NCBI RefSeq assembly: GCF_009914755.1
Contig: NC_060948.1
Source: the human T2T-CHM13v2.0 reference genome, Homo sapiens
Strand: one strand, 5' to 3'
DNA length: 64,000 nucleotides
In this document: positions 56,531 through 64,000 of the stretch, in pieces
Numbering within the stretch: the first letter of the stretch is position 1
Layout of the letters: each line of letters opens with the position of its first letter
Made by a program: the position numbers and the translations under genes
The notes under the pieces: model-generated
The model's database searches: none
Told to the model about the DNA's origin: nothing
Seen by the model: the letters and a program-made list of their open reading frames with translations, nothing else

Positions 56531-58656
56531 AGATCCATATTTTTTAAATGAAAAAAAATTTCAAAGGTACTCTGCTTGGTACAATAATCAAATGTATAAA
56601 CTGAGGAATAAAACATAACCATGAAACCTACTTATAACTGCATATGGAAAATACAGAGGATAATTTTTTAAATAACATATTTTGAAAGCCTTAACTAGTA
56701 ATTTGAAGAGTTGGCATTTGAAAGGCCAGTATGAATATACCTTCAAAGCAGCAACACAGGTTCCCCATGAGAAAAAGCAAACACAGGGAAAATAAAAACA
56801 CAAAGGTTCAATCTCTTCTGACCTTTCAAAGACACAGCACAGACAGTGGTCCTTAGGAAGAAGAGCAGGAGACCCCTAATTCCGTCACCATGGCGATAGG
56901 GCATAAACATTGCTGGGTGAGGGCACAATCCACATTGTGAGGTCCAACTGCTGCCAGGAAGACAGGAGTGCTTTTACATAGACCGAAAGGTCATTGAAGG
57001 CTCAGAGTTTTGTTTCAAGAACTGAATCCCAAGCCCACACGTTATTAGGCTGCGCTTCTTAAAACAAGTTATGAGATGGGAAAAAGGGCACCCACAAACA
57101 TACGTATACATTATGTATATAATAATATACAGTATCATATATATACTATATATAACCTATGTATAATATTGTTTTACATCCTGCATCTTGTTATATATAT
57201 TGTATAAAATATAATAATTGATAATATATAAGTTTTATAATTATACAATATGACATATAGTATATATTATAATTTATGACATATATAATATATGTTATAT
57301 GTCATATATAGAATATATTAAACGGTTAATATACGTATTAAATATAAATTATACATTATATATATTATATATAATATATCTGTTATATATAATACCCATT
57401 ATGCATAATATATATATTATGTCTATGTTATATATAGTATAAAACAACATATAATAATATATAATTGTATATATAAAATGCGACATATAATATATATTAT
57501 ATTTTATAACATATGTAATATATATTATATATTATATATAATACGTTGTATGTATAATACCTATATTAAATATATATTATATGACTATGTTATTAATAAC
57601 ATGTCACATGTGTTATATATTATATATTTTACATAGAATATACCGGTTACATACAATATATACTATGTTACCTATAACGTTTAATTTATTACATGTAAAA
57701 TAAAGAATGCAATATATTATGTATAATTTATAATACACCATATGTGGAATGTGATATATATAACATATAATATATGATATATGATATACAGTATATGATA
57801 TATAACATACAATATATGATTCCTAATATATATGGTATACAATATATATTTTATGATATGTATTCTATATGTTTTATATTCTGTTATATATAACTATTTG
57901 AAATTATATATAACTGTATAATATTTTATGTAAATATGTAATATAATATATATAACTATATAATATATTATATATAACTATATATTATGTTATATATACT
58001 TTTATAACATAATTTACATAAAATATCATAATATAATATATATTATATTATTTCATATTACATAATATATATTAGATATCACCCAATATAACTAACAAAC
58101 ATAATATTATAATATAGATTATATTGTGTTATATTAAATATCATATATATCATGTATCATATATTCTATAATATATATTACACATTATATAATATGTATG
58201 TTGTCTATTATGTGATATATATAACTATATATATAATTATATTTTTATACATATAACTAGATAAACATGTAATTCTACATATTTTCATTTATAATATGTA
58301 GAATTATATAATCATATATAATTATTTATATTCTATAAAAAATTTTATCATTATATAAATTATAATATATAAAAATTATAATATGTACTACAAATATATA
58401 TATTATATATCATATATGATATAGTACTATTGTTATATTTCATAATACATATAAATGTGTATTATGTTATCTATAATTATATAATTTCATATATAAGATG
58501 TATAATATGTATCATAAATTATATATGTTATGTAATATATATAGTATATATAAGATGACACAGGATAAATATTATATACTATGACATATAAAATATATGA
58601 GGTTATATGTTACATATAAGGCATAGCACATAACATGTATTATATATCATATATAA

Positions 58657-58948
58657 TTTTTTTTTAGACAGAATCTTGTCCTGTTGCACAGTGTAGGGTA
58701 CAATGGCGCCATCTTTGCTGACTGCAAATTCTGCCTCACGGGTCCAAGCGATTGTCCTCCCTCAGCCTCCCAGGTAGCTGGGACTAAACCACACTGGGAC
58801 TACACCAGCTGCCACCATGCCTAGCTAATTTTTTGGATTTTTAGTAGTGACAGCGTTTCACTGTATTGGCCAGGATGGTCTTGATCTCTTCATCTTGTGA
58901 TCCCCTGGCCTTGGCCTCCAAATTTGCTGGGATTACAGGCCTGAGCCA
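58657..58948 (-). mobile_element. Alu of unit 25
   Basis: Shares unit-6 variants plus private changes (gtgtaggg, catcttg, cccctgg). Confidence 0.93.
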
Positions 58949-61053
58949 AGATCCATATTTTTTAAATGAAAAAAAATTTCAAAGGTACTCTGCTTGGTAC
59001 AATAATCAAATGTATAAACTGAGGAATAAAACATAACCATGAAACCTACTTATAACTGCATATGGAAAATACAGAGGATAATTTTTTAAATAACATATTT
59101 TGAAAGCCTTAACTAGTAATTTGAAGAGTTGGCATTTGAAAGGCCAGTATGAATATACCTTCAAAGCAGCAACACAGGTTCCCCATGAGAAAAAGCAAAC
59201 ACAGGGAAAATAAAAACACAAAGGTTCAATCTCTTCTGACCTTTGAAAGACACAGCACAGACAGTGGTCCTTAGGACGAAGAGCAGGAGACCCCTAATTC
59301 CGTCACCATGGCGATAGGGCATAAACATTGCTGGGTGAGGGCACAATCCACATTGTGAGGTCCAACTGCTGCCAGGAAGACAGGAGTGCTTTTACATACA
59401 CCGAAAGGTCATTGAAGGCTCAGAGTTTTGTTTCAAGAACTGAATCCCAAGCCCACACGTTATTAGGCTGCGCTTCTTAAAACAAGTTATGAGATGGGAA
59501 AAAGGGCACCCACAAACATACGTATACATTATGTATATAATAATATACAGTATCATATATATAATATATATAACCTATGTATAATATTGTTTTACATCCT
59601 GCATCTTATGTTATATATATTGTATAAAATATAATAATTGATAATATATAAGTTTTATAATTATACAATATGACATATAGTATATATTATAATTTATGAC
59701 ATATATAATATATGTTATATGTCATATATAGAATATATTATACGGTTAATATACGTATTAAATATAAATTATACATTATATATATTATATATAATATATC
59801 TGTTATATATAATACCCATTATGCATAATATATATATTATGCCTATGTTATATATAGTATAAAACAACATATAATAATATATAATTGTATATATAAAATG
59901 CGACATATAATATATATTATATTTTATATCATATGTAATATATATTATATATTATATATAATACGTTGTATGTATAATACCTATATTAAATATATATTAT
60001 ATGACCATGTTATTAATTACATGTCACATGTGTTATATATTATATATTTTACATAGAATATACCGGTTACATACAATAAATACTATGTTACCTATAATGT
60101 ATAATTTATTACATGTAAAATAAAGAATGCAATATATTATGTATATTTTATAATATACCATATGTGGAATGTGATATATATAACATATAATATATGATAT
60201 ATGATATACAGTATATGATATATAACATACAATAGATGATTCCTAATATATATGGTATACAATATATATTTTATGATATGAATTCTATATGTTTTATATT
60301 CTGTTATATATAACTATTTGAAATTATATATAACTGTATAATATTTTATGTAAATATGTAATATAATATATATAACTATATAATATATTATATATAACTA
60401 TATATTATGTTATATATACTTTTATAACATAATTTACATAAAATATCATAATATAATATATATTATATTATTTCATATTACATAATATATATTACATATC
60501 ACCCAATATAACTAACAAACATAATATTATAATATAGATTATATTGTGTTATATTAAATATCATATATATCATGTATCATATATTCTATAATATATATTA
60601 CACATTATATAATATGTATGTTGTCTATTATGTGATATGTATAACTATATATATAATTATATTTTTATACATAAAACTAGATAAACATGTAATTCTACAT
60701 ATTTTCATTTATAATATGTAGAATTATATAATCATATATAATTATTTATATTCTATAAAAAATTTTATCATTATATAAATTATAATATATAAAAATTATA
60801 ATATGTACTACAAATATATATATTATATATCATATATGATATAGTACCTTTGTTATATATCATAATACATATAAATGTGTATTATATTATCTATAATTAT
60901 ATAATTTCATATATAAGATGTATAATATGTATCATATATTATATATGTTATGTAATATATATAGTATATATAAGATGACACAGGATAAATATTATATACT
61001 ATGACATATAAAATATATCAGGTTATATGTTACATATAAGGCATAGCACATAA

Positions 61054-61368
<315 letters not shown>

Positions 61369-63473
61369 AGATCCATATTTTTTAAATGAAAAAAAATTTC
61401 GAAGGTACTCTGCTTGGTACAATAATCAAATGTATAAACTGAGGAATAAAACATAACCATGAAACCTACTTATAACTGCATATGGAAAATACAGAGGATA
61501 ATTTTTTAAATAACATATTTTGAAAGCCTTAACTAGTAATTTGAAGAGCTGGCATTTGAAAGGCCAGTATGAATATACCTTCAAAGCAGCAACACAGGTT
61601 CCCCATGAGAAAAAGCAAACACAGGGAAAATAAAAACACAAAGGTTCAATCTCTTCTGACCTTTGAAAGACACAGCACAGACAGTGGTCCTTAGGACGAA
61701 GAGCAGGAGACCCCTAATTCCGTCACCATGGCGATAGGGCATAAACATTGCTGGGTGAGGGCACAATCCACATTGTGAGGTCCAACTGCTGCCAGGAAGA
61801 CAGGAGTGCTTTTACATAGACCGAAAGGTCATTGAAGGCTCAGAGTTTTGTTTCAAGAACTGAATCCCAAGCCCACACGTTATTAGGCTGCGCTTCTTAA
61901 AACAAGTTATGAGATGGGAAAAAGGGCACCCACAAACATACGTATACATTATGTATATAATAATATACAGTGTCATATATATAATATATATAACCTATGT
62001 ATAATATTGTTTTACATCCTGCATCTTATGTTATATATATTGTATAAAATATAATAATTGATAATATATAAGTTTTATAATTATACAATATGACATATAG
62101 TATATATTATAATTTATGACATATATAATATATGTTATATGTCATATATAGAATATATTATACGGTTAATATACGTATTAAATATAAATTATACTTTATA
62201 TATATTATATATAATATATCTGTTATATATAATGCCCATTATGCATAATATATATATTATGCCTATGTTATATATAGTATAAAACAACATATAATAATAT
62301 ATAATTGTATATATAAAATGCGACATATAATATATATTATATTTTATATCATATGTAATATATATTATATATTATATATAATACGTTGTATGTATAATAC
62401 CTATATTAAATATATATTATATGACTATGTTATTAATTACATGTCACATGTGTTATATATTATATATTTTACATAGAATATACCGGTTACATACAATATA
62501 TACTATGTTACCTATAATGTATAATTTATTACATGTAAAATAAAGAATGCAATATATTATGTATAATTTATAATATACCATATGTGGAATGTGATATATA
62601 TAACATATAATATATGATATATGATATACAGTATATGATATATAACATACAATATATGATTCCTAATATATTTGGTATACAATATATATTTTATGATATG
62701 TATTCTATATGTTTTATATTCTGTTATATATAACTATTTGAAATTATATATAACTGTATAATATTTTATGTAAATATGTAATATAATATATATAACTATA
62801 TAATATATTATATATAACTATATATTATGTTATATATACTTTTATAACATAATTTACATAAAATATCATAATACAATATATATTATATTATTTCATATTA
62901 CATAATATATATTACATATCACCCAATATAACTAACATAGATAATATTATAATATAGATTATATTATGTTATATTAAATATCATATATATCATGTATCAT
63001 ATATTCTATAATATATATAACACATTATATAATATGTATGTTGTCTATTATGTGATATATATAACTATATATATAATTATATTTTTATACATATAACTAG
63101 ATAAACATGTAATTCTACATATTTTCATTTATAATATGTAGAATTATATAATCATATATAATTATTTATATTCTATAAAAAATTTTATCATTATATAAAT
63201 TATAATATATAAAAATTATAATATGTACTACAAATATATATATTATATATCATATATGATATAGTACCTTTGTTATATATCATAATACATATAAATGTGT
63301 ATTATGTTATCTATAATTATATAATTTCATATATAAGATGTATAATATGTATCATATATTATATATGTTATGTAATATATATAGTATATATAAGATGACA
63401 CAGGATAAATATTATATACTATGACATATAAAATATATGAGGTTATATGTTACATATAAGGCATAGCACATAA

Positions 63474-63788
<315 letters not shown>

Positions 63789-64000
63789 AGATCCATATTT
63801 TTTAAATGAAAAAAAATTTCGAAGGTACTCTGCTTGGTACAATAATCAAATGTATAAACTGAGGAATAAAACATAACCATGAAACCTACTTATAACTGCA
63901 TATGGAAAATACAGAGGATAATTTTTTAAATAACATATTTTGAAAGCCTTAACTAATAATTTGAAGAGCTGGCATTTGAAAGGCCAGTATGAATATACCT

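Overview
The whole 64-kb window is one uninterrupted head-to-tail tandem array of about 26.5 copies of a ~2,420-bp monomer (observed periods 2,417-2,421 bp). Each monomer has three parts: a ~290-bp diverged, slightly 5'-truncated Alu on the minus strand, a ~580-bp moderately GC segment corresponding to HSATI, and ~1,550 bp of extremely AT-rich degenerate simple sequence. This architecture, the period and a predicted ~2.15-kb HaeIII fragment identify it as the human DYZ2/HSat1B satellite, most likely from Yq12 heterochromatin. Related arrays on acrocentric short arms cannot be formally excluded. No credible protein-coding or RNA gene was seen; the recurring 61/71/80/113-aa ORFs are chance ORFs copied by the repeat. 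I found no new gene system. The most interesting signal is a hidden, nested higher-order structure read from shared variants: an older ~6-monomer duplication, single-monomer duplications, a very recent 12,093-bp (5-monomer) tandem duplication, a diverged dimer at the left end and sub-monomer conversion-like patches, which can be partly ordered in time. Units are numbered 1-27 by their Alu. All comparisons were made by eye and some variants may have been missed.
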